DNA from: Mustelus asterias | Lineage: Eukaryota | DNA length: 64,000 nt | Assembly (NCBI RefSeq): GCF_964213995.1 | Contig: NW_027590128.1 | Coordinates: 124,001-188,000 of the forward strand | Direction: 5' to 3' | Shown here: positions 1 to 10,905 of the stretch, in pieces | How the letters are laid out: each line of letters starts with the position of its first letter | How positions within the stretch are numbered: the first letter of the stretch is position 1 | Notes under the pieces: generated by a model | What the model was told of the DNA's origin: nothing | The model's input: the letters and a program-made list of their open reading frames with translations, nothing else | The model's database searches: none | Translations under genes and position numbers: made by a program

Positions 1-469
1 TTAAACATTCCTTTGTTAAAGAATCAGTCATTTAGAATTGTGAAACAGACAGAAATTAAATGTTTCGTTTTTCCTGGGATCCTCCTGTGCCTGGCACCGG
101 TGTCCTGAACAAGGTTATTAACATTCTCTGTGTTAAAGGTTCCTCCTGGTTCTTGCTGTCTGTTGTGTCCTTTGTCACAGTCGGTACCAGGACATTTCTA
201 TTGAAAGGTTGTTAAGAAATTCCAGTGAATTCCAGCCCCTTGTGTAACGTTCCATTTGGTGTGCGTCAGATTCAGAGATGTCCACGTGTGTGTGAAAAGG
301 GTTCTCGGTCAGGGTTTTAACCCTTCTTTCCCCGTTAGTAACAATGAGCCCTGTATTCAATTCTAAAGTATAAAGTCCTCATTAGATATCAATTCTACCT
401 GTTATCTACATTTCACCAACCAGTCTATATTTTCATCACAGGACTGCAGTGGGAGCACCGTCAACATCT

Positions 470-1652
470 TACTAACTTGATTGATTTTATCGAGGAGGTG
501 ACGAAGGTGATCGATGAGGGTAGGGCAGTGGATGTTGTGAACATGGATTTTAGTCAGGCTTTCGACAAGGTCCCTCATGGTCGGCTCATCCAGAAGATTA
601 AGATGCATGGGATTCACGGTGACTTGGCCACTTGGATTCAGAATTGACTTGCCCATAGAAGTCAGAGAGTAGTGATGGAGGGTGTTTTTCTGGCTGGAGG
701 TCCATTCCCAGTGGTGTTCTGCAGGGATCTGTACTGGGACCTGCGCTATTTGTGATATATATAAATGACTTGGATGAAAACGTGGATGGGTGGGTTAGTA
801 AGCTTGCAGACGACACAAAACTAGATGGAGCTGTAGATAATGTAGAAGGTTGTCAAAGGATACAGTGGGATGTAGATCAGCTGCAGATATGAGCGGAGAA
901 ATGGCAGATGGATTTTAATCCGGGCAAGTGTGAGGTGCTGCACTTTGGGAGATCAAATATTAAGGATAAGTATATAGTTAATGTACAGAGGGATCTTGGG
1001 GTTCAAGTCCATAGCTTCCTGAAATTAGCCACACAAATATTTAGTCGGTAAAGAAGGCATATGGCATGCTTGCCTTTATTGAGTACAAGAGTCAGCATGC
1101 CATGTTGCAGCTCTATAAAACTTTGTTTGGGCTGCACTTAGAATATTGTGTTCAATTCTGGTCGCCACATTACAGAAAGGATGCAGAGGCTTTGATGAGG
1201 GTGCAGAAGAGGTTTTTCAGGATGCTGCCTGGATTGGAGGGTGTGAGCGACTGACAAACGAGGGTTGTTTTCTCGATAGCGGCGGAGGGTGAGGGGAGAC
1301 CTGATAGCAGTCTATAAAATGAGAGACACAGAATCTTTTCCCCCAGACTTGATATGTCTAATACCAGGGAGCATGCACTTAAGGTGAGATGGGCAAAGTT
1401 CAAAGGAGATGTGAGAGGTAAGTGTTTTTACACAGAGAGTGGTAGGTGTCTGGAATGCGCAGCTAGGAGTGGTGGTGGAGGTAGATACGATAGGGGCGTT
1501 TAAGGGGGTTTTAAATAAGCACATGAATATGTGAGGAATAGAGGAATATGGACCAAGGGCAGGCAGAAAGGAATAGTTTAATTTGGCATCATGTTCGACA
1601 CAACATGGTGGGCTGAAGGGTCTGTTCCTGTGCTGTGCTGTTCTACGTTCTA
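470..1652 (+). mobile_element. CR1-clade LINE, decayed 3' portion (RT to 3' UTR)
   Basis: Translates to [38 protein letters not shown] and HLEYCVQFWSPHYRKD with stops and frameshifts; ends in a tgttct-type tail. Confidence 0.9.
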
Positions 1653-1736
1653 TTTGTGATCTCCATTGAGAAAAAGGAAACAGAGGCACTGGAGAAGGAG
1701 CAAGAAAGATTCACAAGAATAATCCCAGAACTGTCA

Positions 1737-2117
1737 TCACTTGTGAACTCACTGGTGTTTCACCAAGTTTGCTGACTGAGTGAATCCCTTCCCAGTCAGA
1801 GCAGGTGACCAGCCTCTGCCTGGTGTGACCTCACTGGTGGGACATTAGTTCCCGAGAGCTTTTGAAGCCACGCCCACATTTAAAGGGTCTCTCCTGGGTG
1901 TGATGATGTTGTGTCTGGGCAGGCTGGATAACTGAGTAAATCCTTTAGCACACACCGAGCAGGTGAATGGTTTCTCCCCGGTGTGAACTCACTGGTGTTT
2001 CAGCAGTGTTGATGATATTCTAAACCTCCTTGAACAGTGAGAGCAGCTGAACGGCCTCTCCCCGGTGTGAATGTGCTCGGGGATCATCAGTTCCTGAGAG
2101 CTTCTGAAGCCGGCCTC
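1737..2117 (-). pseudogene. About 5 decayed C2H2 fingers downstream of the ZNF-1 stop
   Basis: Reverse strand shows [12 protein letters not shown] and [12 protein letters not shown] relics with CGA>TGA stops and indels, ending in the family-typical VHK-stop. Confidence 0.8.
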
Positions 2118-3071
2118 TCAGGCAGAGCATTTAAAGAGGCTCTCCTTGGAGTGAGTGGCTTTGTGTTTCAGCAAGCTGGATGAAGTAGTGAATCCCTTCC
2201 CACACACAGAGCAGGGGAATGGTCTTTCCACAGTGTGAACTCGCTGATGTTCCCACAGGTTGGATGGCCTTTTAAACCTCTTTGAGCAGTGAGAGCAGCT
2301 GAACGATCTCTCCTCAGTGTGAATGCGCTGGTGGGACACTAGTTCTCCAGAGCTTTTGAATCCGCTCCCACAGTCAGAGCATTTAAAAGGTCTCTCATTG
2401 GTGTGAGTGAGATTGTGTCTGCGCAGGTGGGATAACAGAGTGAATCCCTTCCCACACACAGAGCAGGTGAACGGTCTCTCCCCGGTGTGAACTCGCTGGT
2501 GTATCCGCAAGTTGTATAATGTTCTAAACCTCTTTGAGCAGTGAGAGCAGCTGAACGGTCTGTCCTCAGTGTGAATGCGCTGGTGGGACACCAGTTCCCC
2601 AGAGCTTTTGAATCCGCTCCCACAGTCAGAGCATTTAAAGGGTCTCTCATTGATATGAGTGACTCGGTGTGTCTTCAGGGTGAATGACTGAGTGAATCCC
2701 TTCCCACACTGAGAGCAGGTGAACGGTCTCTCCCCAGTGTGAACTCGCTGGTGAATCTGCAGGTTGGATGAAGTTCTAAATTTCTTTGTGCAGTGAGAGC
2801 AGCTGAATGGTCTCTCCTCAGTGTGAATGCGCTGGTGGGACATCAGATACTGAGAGCTTTTGAATCCACTCCCACAGTCAGAGCATTTAAATGGTCTCTC
2901 ATTGGTATGAGTGAGATTGTGTTTCTGCAGGCTGGATAACTGAGTGAATCCCTTCCCACACACACAGCAGGTGAATGGTCTCTCCCCAGTGTGACTGCGT
3001 TGATGAGTTTCCAGATCAGATGGGAACCTGAATCTCTTCCCACAGTCCCCACATTTCCACGGTTTCTCCAT
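2118..3071 (-). CDS. ZNF-1: C2H2 zinc-finger protein, 11 fingers, no effector domain seen
   Basis: [17 protein letters not shown]...; ATG at 3071 in CACCATGG context (the track starts at an upstream TTG); TGERP-type linkers. Confidence 0.9.
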   Translation of the reverse strand: MEKPWKCGDCGKRFRFPSDLETHQRSHTGERPFTCCVCGKGFTQLSSLQKHNLTHTNERPFKCSDCGSGFKSSQYLMSHQRIHTEERPFSCSHCTKKFRTSSNLQIHQRVHTGERPFTCSQCGKGFTQSFTLKTHRVTHINERPFKCSDCGSGFKSSGELVSHQRIHTEDRPFSCSHCSKRFRTLYNLRIHQRVHTGERPFTCSVCGKGFTLLSHLRRHNLTHTNERPFKCSDCGSGFKSSGELVSHQRIHTEERSFSCSHCSKRFKRPSNLWEHQRVHTVERPFPCSVCGKGFTTSSSLLKHKATHSKESLFKCSA

Positions 3072-4363
3072 GGTGCGGGTGTCCTTGTGACTCTCTAGGT
3101 TAAACAATCAGTTAAATCTCACACAGAACACAGGTACAGTCTCTCCCCGCTGTGAATGCTGCGATGTATTTTCAGGCTGTGTAACTGGTTAAAGCTCTTT
3201 CCACACTCAGTGCACTGGAACACTCTCACTCGGGTGTGTGTATCTCAGTGCATTTCTAGTCACAGTGATGTTTACAATCTTTTGAAGCCAAGAGGCCAAA
3301 CAAACATTTCTCCTGCTAGATTCAAAGGCCGATGATATTCAGGTCTCAAGAAATCGAGTCACTCTGTCAGATCTCGATGTGATGTTGGAGATTTCTGTCT
3401 GATTTCTCCTTGTCTAATATCCTGTAAGTCAATTTAGAAAAAAAACATCACAATTCAGAATATGATCGAAATTCAAATCGACATTTCTAGTTTCTATGGA
3501 GCATTCATTAAAGACACAGTCATGGAGCATTAAACTTGCCGAGCAGGGCCTCCCGTATCAGCACACAGGCAGCTGCTTTGTGAGACTGCCAGCAGTACAG
3601 ACAAGTCAGAGATAAGGGTGTCCTCAGAAGTGGGATTCATTGTGAAAGCTCAGGGACGGTTGATAAGATGCAGCAATTCTATGATTCTAATGAACATTCT
3701 TTCCTCTCCCATTCCCCAAAAGCTGTAAATCTCCATCCCACACACTCTCCCTCCATTCTCACTCTGCTGTATCTAATATTCACCCTCCCAATTCTCCTGA
3801 AGGTGCTGATTGAGGCTGATTGACAGATCCATGCTCACTGCTTCCTGTCCAGCACAGAAATCAGAACAAATAGGAGCTGCAGTCAGCATTCGACCCATCG
3901 AGTCTGCTCAACCATTCATTGAGATTATTGGTTGATCTACCTCTGCATTATTTTCCCCACACTGCCCCCATATCCATCGATATCTTCAATATCTAGAAAC
4001 CTATCAATCCCTCTCTTGAAAATTTTTGATGACTGAGGCTCTATAGTCCTCTGGGGTAGAGAATCCAAAACATCACCACATCCTTGAGTGAAGAAATCCT
4101 CATCTGAGCTTTCTCTCCATTTTCCAGCCTGTTCCCAATAATTATTGACTCCCTTGTCATTCAAAAACTGTCTAACTCATCCTTGAATATATTCAATCCC
4201 TCCACTGGTCCCTATGGAAGAGAAATCTAGATACTAACAATTCTCTGAGGGAAGAGATTGTTGGAAATATATAATATAGCTGCAGTCCAAAATTACACAG
4301 CCAGATATAATAAGTGTATTTTATTACAGAGCTATAAATAATATATCGAACCATATAACAACA

Positions 4364-4755
4364 GGGGAGCGGATAGCCTCGCGGTATTATCGCTAGACTA
4401 TTAATCCAGAAACTTAGCTGATGTTCTGGGGGACCCGGTTCGAATCCCACCATGGCAGATGGTGGAATTTGAATTTAAAAACAAAATCTAGAATTAAGAA
4501 TCTACTGATGACCATGAAATCATTGTCGATTGACCAGAAAAACCCATCTGGTTCATTAATGTGCTTTAGGGAAGGAAATCTGCCGTCCTTACCCAGTCTG
4601 GCCTACATGTGACTCCAGAGCCACAGCAATGTGGTTGACTCTCAACCAGCCTCTGAAATGGCCTAGCGAGCCATTCAGTTCAAGGGCAAATAGGGATGGG
4701 CAATAAATGTTGGCCCAGCCGGCAATGCCCGTGTCCCAAGGATGAATAAAAAACA
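4364..4755 (+). mobile_element. tRNA-derived SINE with Deu-like core and L2-type tail (SacSINE1/DeuSINE-like)
   Basis: B-box-like ggttcgaatccc, core gggaaggaaatctgccgtccttacc..ctggcctacatgtgactcc, tail gggatgggcaataaatg..gatgaataaaaaa. Family name from recollection, not a database search. Confidence 0.65.
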
Positions 4756-5437
4756 CCATCAGACACGTCTCTGTCCGATATTAGTTTACTGTCCCCTTTA
4801 ATATATTTCAGAAATTAGATGGGCACATGAAGGAAATAAAGTTGCAGGGGAAAGGGAATATAGAAAGGGAATGGGACTGACTGGATTCTTCTACAGAGAG
4901 TCGGCATGGATTCGAGTTACTGAATGGACTCCTTCTGCGCTGTAATGACTCGATGAGTGGAAATATATAACATAGTTTCAGTGCTACATTACAAAATGAG
5001 AAATAATAATAAATGTACTTTGTTACAGAACCATAAATAATATATCAAATCTACAATGTAACAACACTAAGCATATCTCTGTCCTATATTAATTTATTGT
5101 TCTCTTAAATGTCAGCCATCTCCTGGGGAAACCAGCCCTTGAATTGTGAACATTCGGAAAGGGACCATCCTTTTAGCCAGACAAATCAATGTGTCAAGCT
5201 GAGGGAGCAAAGGATGTCAATGTCTTTAAGTCAGAGAGAGGGGGACCTGAGCCAACCTTTCCAGAGTCTGCAGCCTCCCTGGATTCACTTCCTTTCCCTT
5301 CAGTTGCTGCAAGTCCCCAATTTCCCCCAGAATGAGAAAAGAAATGGAAAGGGGGATAAAAGAATGTGTTTTACTCACAGATGTGGGCGACAGAAGGAAG
5401 TTTGAGTCTGTCTGTACTCAATATTCATTCAGAGAGA

Positions 5438-7022
5438 CCTCTTTTTAGGTCAAACCAAACCAAGTAAACAAACTCAGATTAAATCAGGACAAAGTAAAAG
5501 GGGCAGCTCCCCAAAAAGGAGGGGGAACAGCCCGAACAGAAATCAAAATACAAAGGAAACTTAAAAACATCAAATTAAAATGTGATTATTAGGGTCAATA
5601 ATGCACCCCAACCCCTGCGGTGCCCAGCGGGCGCGGAAGGCGTCAACCTCGCCCGTGGACACCACATGCTCCCTCTCCAGGGACACCTGGCCGCGAACGT
5701 AGCCGCGGTAGAGGGGAAGACAGTCAGGATGGACGGCCCCCTCGATCGCCCGCAGCCTGGACCGGTAAATGGCGCGTTTCGCCAGGCCCAGGAGCAGGTT
5801 CACGAGGAGGTCGCCATCCCGACCCTCCCCTCTCCGCACCGGGTGTCCGTAGATCAGGAGCGTGGGACTGAAGTGCAGACAAAACATCAACAAAAGGTTC
5901 TTTAGGAAAACATAAAGGGAGTGCAGCCTAAGACACTCAACATAGACATGGTCCACGGACTCCACAAGGCCGCAGAAAGGGCAGTCTTCGGAGCCCGTGA
6001 ACCAGTGAATCCTACGGTTGTGCGGAACTGCTGCATGCATCACCCTCCACCCCAGGTCCCCGACGTAATTGGGGGAGATCCCTCCGTAGAGGGACCTCCA
6101 CTGAAGACCTCCACTGCCCGGCAGCAACAAGGCCCGCCAAGATGTATCCGGGCGACAGGCGAGGAGGCAGTAGTGGAGGGTATGCAGCAGCAGCCCGCAC
6201 AGGAAACGCCTCCGCGCGCTAGAAAAAGGCACGGATGACATTTCCGCGAGGCGGCTCAGGCTGTGGGGCACCTCACCCAGGGGAGGGGACTGAGGCTTTG
6301 GGCCAATGCGGAATTCCGCCCGAACAGGGGAACGCTCGGGCGGGATTCCACCGCAAGCATGTGCCGCCTCAAGACCGCGTGCACTTTTGGGGCCGAGCAT
6401 GACCGTCCTAAGGTCTTGGATGGCTTTGGCTTTGGACACCCCCGCGCGCTCAGCACGTCCCCGATTCTGGTCACCCCGGCGTCCACAGCCCTCCTCTCCA
6501 CCAGCCACCTGAAGTTATACGGCTGGAGGAGCGGATTCCTGAGCAGCGGCGCTCGCACGAGAGCCGCTACTCCTGACGGGAGGGAGCTGCGTCGCGAGTC
6601 GACCGTGTTCCAGACAGTGAGGAGGTCCTGGTAAAAGACGGGCAACTCCTGCAGGGTGGTGGAAGCACGCCCCAGTTCGATATGCAGGAGCTGCACGTCA
6701 TAATTGAGGCCGTGCCACTGGCGGAAGAAATACGTCGCCATGGCTCACCACTGTGGAGGGGGCTCAACGTAAAGGTACCTCTGCAGGGCCTGGAGGCGGA
6801 AGGTCGCTATCTGAGTGCGGAGGCACACCAGACCTTGTCCGCCCTCCTCAAGCGGGAGATGCAGAACCGCAGCAGGGACCCAGTGCAGTCGATTGTCCCA
6901 GAAGAACCGCAGGAGGGTTCTCTGGATATTGGCTACAAAGCCAGGGGGAGGGGTCAAAGGGACCAGCCGGTACCACAGCATGGAGGCGAACACCTGGTTT
7001 ATGATGAGAACTCGCGCCCGTG
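5438..7022 (-). mobile_element. Tx1-clade non-LTR retrotransposon, 5'-truncated ORF2 C-terminus plus 3' UTR
   Basis: RARVLIINQVFASMLWYRL, HLPLEEGGQGLVCL and the zinc knuckle CPFCGLVESVDHVYVEC across frameshifted ORFs; GC-rich; 3' end cctaaaaagagg is shared with the copy at 40740-41402. Confidence 0.85.
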
Positions 7023-7357
7023 AATGGTCACAAACACTCACCTCTGAAACAATTTAACTGATTTTAACATTAAAATCTCCTGCTGGAGCCTGCAGCTGGA
7101 CTGATGCGTTGGCATCAGAGAAAAATCTCCCAGTTGAGCAAATCCCCGGGGAGCGGGGGTGATGTCACTGTGCAATTGTAAGTATGCGATGAGATCACAG
7201 ACAGGAACACAGAATACCTGGGTCTGTGCAAACCAGTGATCACCACACATTATGGAGGATGTGAGGCTCCTTGACCAGGTGCATAGGAGATTTATCAAAG
7301 TGGTTCCAGGGATGAGGAATTATAGTTCCAATGTTAGGCTGGATAACTTGGGGTTGT

Positions 7358-8806
7358 TTGTCTCGTCACTGGACGCAGGTGAGGTCCCAGAGGATTGGAG
7401 GATAGCTAATGTGGTCCTGTTATTTAAGAAGGGTAGGAAGGATAACCGGGGTAATTATAGGCCGGTGAGCTTGACGTCCGTGGTGGGGAAGTTGTTGGAG
7501 AAGATTCTTAGAGATAAGATGTATGCGCATTTAGAAAGGAATAAACTCATTAACGATAGTCAGCATGGTTTTGTGAGAGGGAGGTCATGCCTCACTAACC
7601 TGGTGGAGTTTTTTGAAGAAGTGACCAGAATGGTTGACGAGGGAAGGGCCGTGGATGTCGTCTATATGGACTTTAGTAAAGCGTTTGACAAAGTCCCTCA
7701 TGGTAGGCTGGTGAAAAGGGTTGGATCTCATGGGATAAAGGGGGAGGCGGCTAGATGGGTGGAGAACTGGTTTGGTCACAGAAGACAGAGGGTCTTTTTC
7801 CGGCTGGAGGCCTGTGACTAGTGGTGTTCCGCAGGACTCTGTATTGGGACCTCTGCTGTTTGTGATTTATATAAACGATCTGGAAGAAGGTGTAACTGGG
7901 GTGATCAGTAAGTTTGCGGACGACACAAAATTGGCAGGACTTGCAGATAGTGAGGAGCATTGTCAGAAGCTACAGAAGGATATAGATAGGCTGGAAATTT
8001 GGGCAAAGGAATGGCAGATGGAGATCAATCCGATAAATGCAAAGTGATGCATTTTGGTAGAAATAATGTGGGAGGAGCTATACGAGAAATGGCAGAACCA
8101 TAAAGGGTGTAGATACGCAGAGGGACCTGGGTGTGCAAGTCCACAGATCCTTGAAGGTGACGTCACAGGTGGAGAAGGTGGTGAAGAAGGCATATGGCAT
8201 GCTTGCCTTTATAGGACGGGGCATAGAGTATAAAAGTTGGGGTCTGATGTTGCAGATGTATAGAACGTTGGTTCGGCCGCATTTGGAATACTGCGCCCAG
8301 TTCTGGTCGCCACACTACCAGAAGGACGTGGAGGCTTTGGAGAGAGTACAGAGGAGGTTTACCAGGATGTTGCCTGGTATGGAGGGGCTTAGTTATGAGG
8401 AGAGATTGGGTAAACTGGGGTTGTTCTCCCTGGAAAGACAGAGGATGAGGGGAGACTTAATAGAGGTGTACAAAATTATGAAAGGCATAGATAGGGTGAA
8501 CGGTGGTAAGCTTTTCCCCAGGTCGGTGGTGACGTTCACAAGGGGTCATAGGTTCAAGGTGAAGGGGGGGAGGTTTAACACAGATATCAGAAGGACATAT
8601 TTTACACAGAGGGTGGTGGGGGCCTGGAATGCGCTGCCAGGCAAGGTGGTGGAGGCGGACACACTGGGAACGTTTAAGACTTATCTAGATAGCCATATGA
8701 ACGGAGTGGGAATGGAGGGATACAAAAGAATAGTCTAGTTGGACCAGGGAGCAGCACGGGCTTGGAGGGTCGAAGGGCCTGTTCCTGTGCTGTATTGTTC
8801 TTTGTT
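7358..8806 (+). mobile_element. Young CR1 LINE 3' fragment nested in an older CR1 remnant
   Basis: VPEDWRIANVV..NYRPVSLTSVVGK, YMDFSKAFDKVPH, KFADDTK, HLEYCAQFWSPH; older CR1 text resumes on both sides. Confidence 0.92.
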
Positions 8807-8904
8807 GTGCTCCTTAGAGCAAAGTAGATTGATAGAGGTGTACAAGGGTACATGGAGGTGTCAAAGTTTACATGCTCTGTTTACACGTGTACAAGCTCTG
8901 TCTA

Positions 8905-9000
8905 TGGGTCATCCAGTCTCAAAACGTTGGTTCTATTCTCTCTCCACAGATGCTGTCAGATCTGCTGAGATTTTCCAGCATTTACTGTTTTTATTTTCCT
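8905..9000 (+). repeat. Family-2 PLE-type short repeat fragment
   Basis: gggtcatccagtctcaaaacgttgg..gatgctgtcagatctgctgagattttccagcatt; same family as 21240, 32470, 40378, 42722 and 62752. Confidence 0.65.
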
Positions 9001-9139
9001 TTCTTTTTCCTTCTCTGTCACCGCTCTGCCTCATCAATAAGAGATTGGGACTCAGACGGTTGATGCAGTTTGATGGACAAGTTGTCTCCATTCTGAACAC
9101 TGGGGAACAAGCTCCTCCCACTGATTGACAACATTGCCC

Positions 9140-9570
9140 TCTACAAACATGGCGGCCGCACGTGCGCACTGCTGCATATTGCCCCCAATAAAGATGGCGA
9201 ACGTTAACCCGGGACGAACATGAGGAGCAGCAGCCCTGCTCGGTACAAACTGGGTCCGGGAAGTTCTCTTCCGCGGTTTGCGACTTACACAACATGCTTA
9301 CGCAGCGTTTCCACCCACCCGGACGATCCATTGCTCTCTCCGTACCTCCAATCACCTCTAACAGATTTCCGAGCCCAAAACAAAAGCCGTTTCCCATCGC
9401 CATTACTCACACTGCGCATGCTCCAGTCAAAGCTGGCCCCGCCCCTCGGTCGCTCCGATTGGTTGGAGGACCGACCGCTCCATGTCGATCCTCCAGCACT
9501 GTCCCCTCTTCCCATTGGTCCGCGCCGCCGTCAATCAGCCGGGCATTGTGATGGTGATTTGCTGCTTGTC
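9140..9570 (-). promoter_or_regulatory. CpG-rich promoter/first-exon cassette A (probable ZNF-1 promoter)
   Basis: YY1-like AAGATGGCG (~9190), NRF1-like TGCGCATGC (~9413), GC box GGCCCCGCCCC, two ATTGG (CCAAT) boxes; paralogous to 40620-41720. Confidence 0.65.
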
Positions 9571-9640
9571 CAATAATAACAGTAAGAAGTTTAACAACAC
9601 CAGGTTAAAGTCCAACAGGTCTATTTGGTAGCAAACGTCA

Positions 9641-9677
9641 CACAAGCTTTCGGAGCCTCAAGCCCCTTCTTCAGGTG
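9641..9677 (-). ncRNA. Minimal hammerhead ribozyme motif (PLE family 1, inverted pLTR)
   Basis: RC reads CAC CUGAAGA A GGGGC uugag GCUCC GAAA GC UU GUG. Confidence 0.7.
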
Positions 9678-10868
9678 AGTGGGAATTCTGTTCACAAACA
9701 GGGCTTATAAAGACATAGACTCAATTTACAGAATAATGGTTGGAATGCGAATCCTTGCAACTAATCAAGTCTTAAAGGTACAAACAATGTGAGTGGAGAG
9801 CTTCCACTCTAAACACGTTAAAGAAGCCATCCCCTGCGGACAGGCCCTCCGTATACACAGGATCTGCTCGGATGAGGAGGATCGCAACAGACACCTCCAG
9901 ATGCTGAAAGATGCCCTCATAAGAACAGGATATAGCGCTCAACTCATTGATCGACAGTTCCGACGCGCCACAGCGAAAAACCGCACCGACCTCCTCAGAA
10001 GACAAACACGGGACAAGGTGGACAGAGTACCCTTCGTCGTCCAGTACTTCATCGGAGCGGAGAAGCTGCGGCATCTCCTCTGGAGCCTTCAACATGTCAT
10101 TGATGAAGACGAACATCTCGCCAAGGCCATCCCCACACCCCCACTTCTTGCCTTCAAACAACCGCACAACCTCAAACAGACCATTGTCCGCAGCAAACTA
10201 CCCAGCCTTCAGGAGAACAGTGACCACGACACCACACAACCCTGCCACAGCAACCTCTGCAACACGTGCCGGATCATCGACACAGATGCCATCATCTCAC
10301 GTGAGAACACCATCCACCAGGTACACGGTACATACTCTTGCAACTCGGCCAACGTTGTCTACCTGATACGCTGCAGGAAAGTATGTCCCGAGGCATGGGA
10401 CATTGGGGAAACCATGCAGACACTGCGACAACGGATGAATGAACATCGCTCGACAATCACCAGGCAAGACTGTTCTCTTCCTGTTGGGGAGCACTTGAGT
10501 GGTCACGGGCATTCAGCCTCTGATCTTCGGGTAAGCGTTCTCCAAGGCTGCCTTCACGACACATGACAGCGCAGAGTCGCTGAGCAGAAACTGATAGCCA
10601 AGTTCCGCACACGAGGACGGCCTCAACCGGGATATTGGGTTCATGACACACTATCTGTACTCCCCACAGCTTGCCTGGACTTGCAGAGTCTCACTGGCTG
10701 TCCTGTCTGGAGACAATACACATCTCTTTAGCCTGTCTTGATGCTCTCTCCACTCGCATTGTTTGTACCTTTAAGACTTGATTAGCTGTAAGTATTCGCA
10801 TTCCAACCACTATTCTGTAAATTGAGTTTGTGTCTTTATGTGCCCTGTTTGTGAACAGAATTCCCACT

Positions 10869-10905
10869 CACCTGAAGAAGGAGCTTAAGGCTCCGAAAGC
10901 TTGTG
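10869..10905 (+). ncRNA. Minimal hammerhead ribozyme motif (PLE family 1, 3' pLTR)
   Basis: CAC CUGAAGA A GGAGC uuaag GCUCC GAAA GC UU GUG: stem I CAC/GUG, stem II GGAGC/GCUCC, palindromic AAGCUU in place of stem III. Confidence 0.75.

Noticed and set aside
3618-3640. tRNA-Leu-like primer-binding site (tcagaagtgggattc); a weaker one near 32945-32965
   Set aside because: Imperfect matches with no adjacent LTR end or paired LTRs visible.
5570-6508. 312-aa ORF as a host gene
   Set aside because: A frameshifted piece of Tx1 ORF2; its N-terminal part is out of the ancestral frame.
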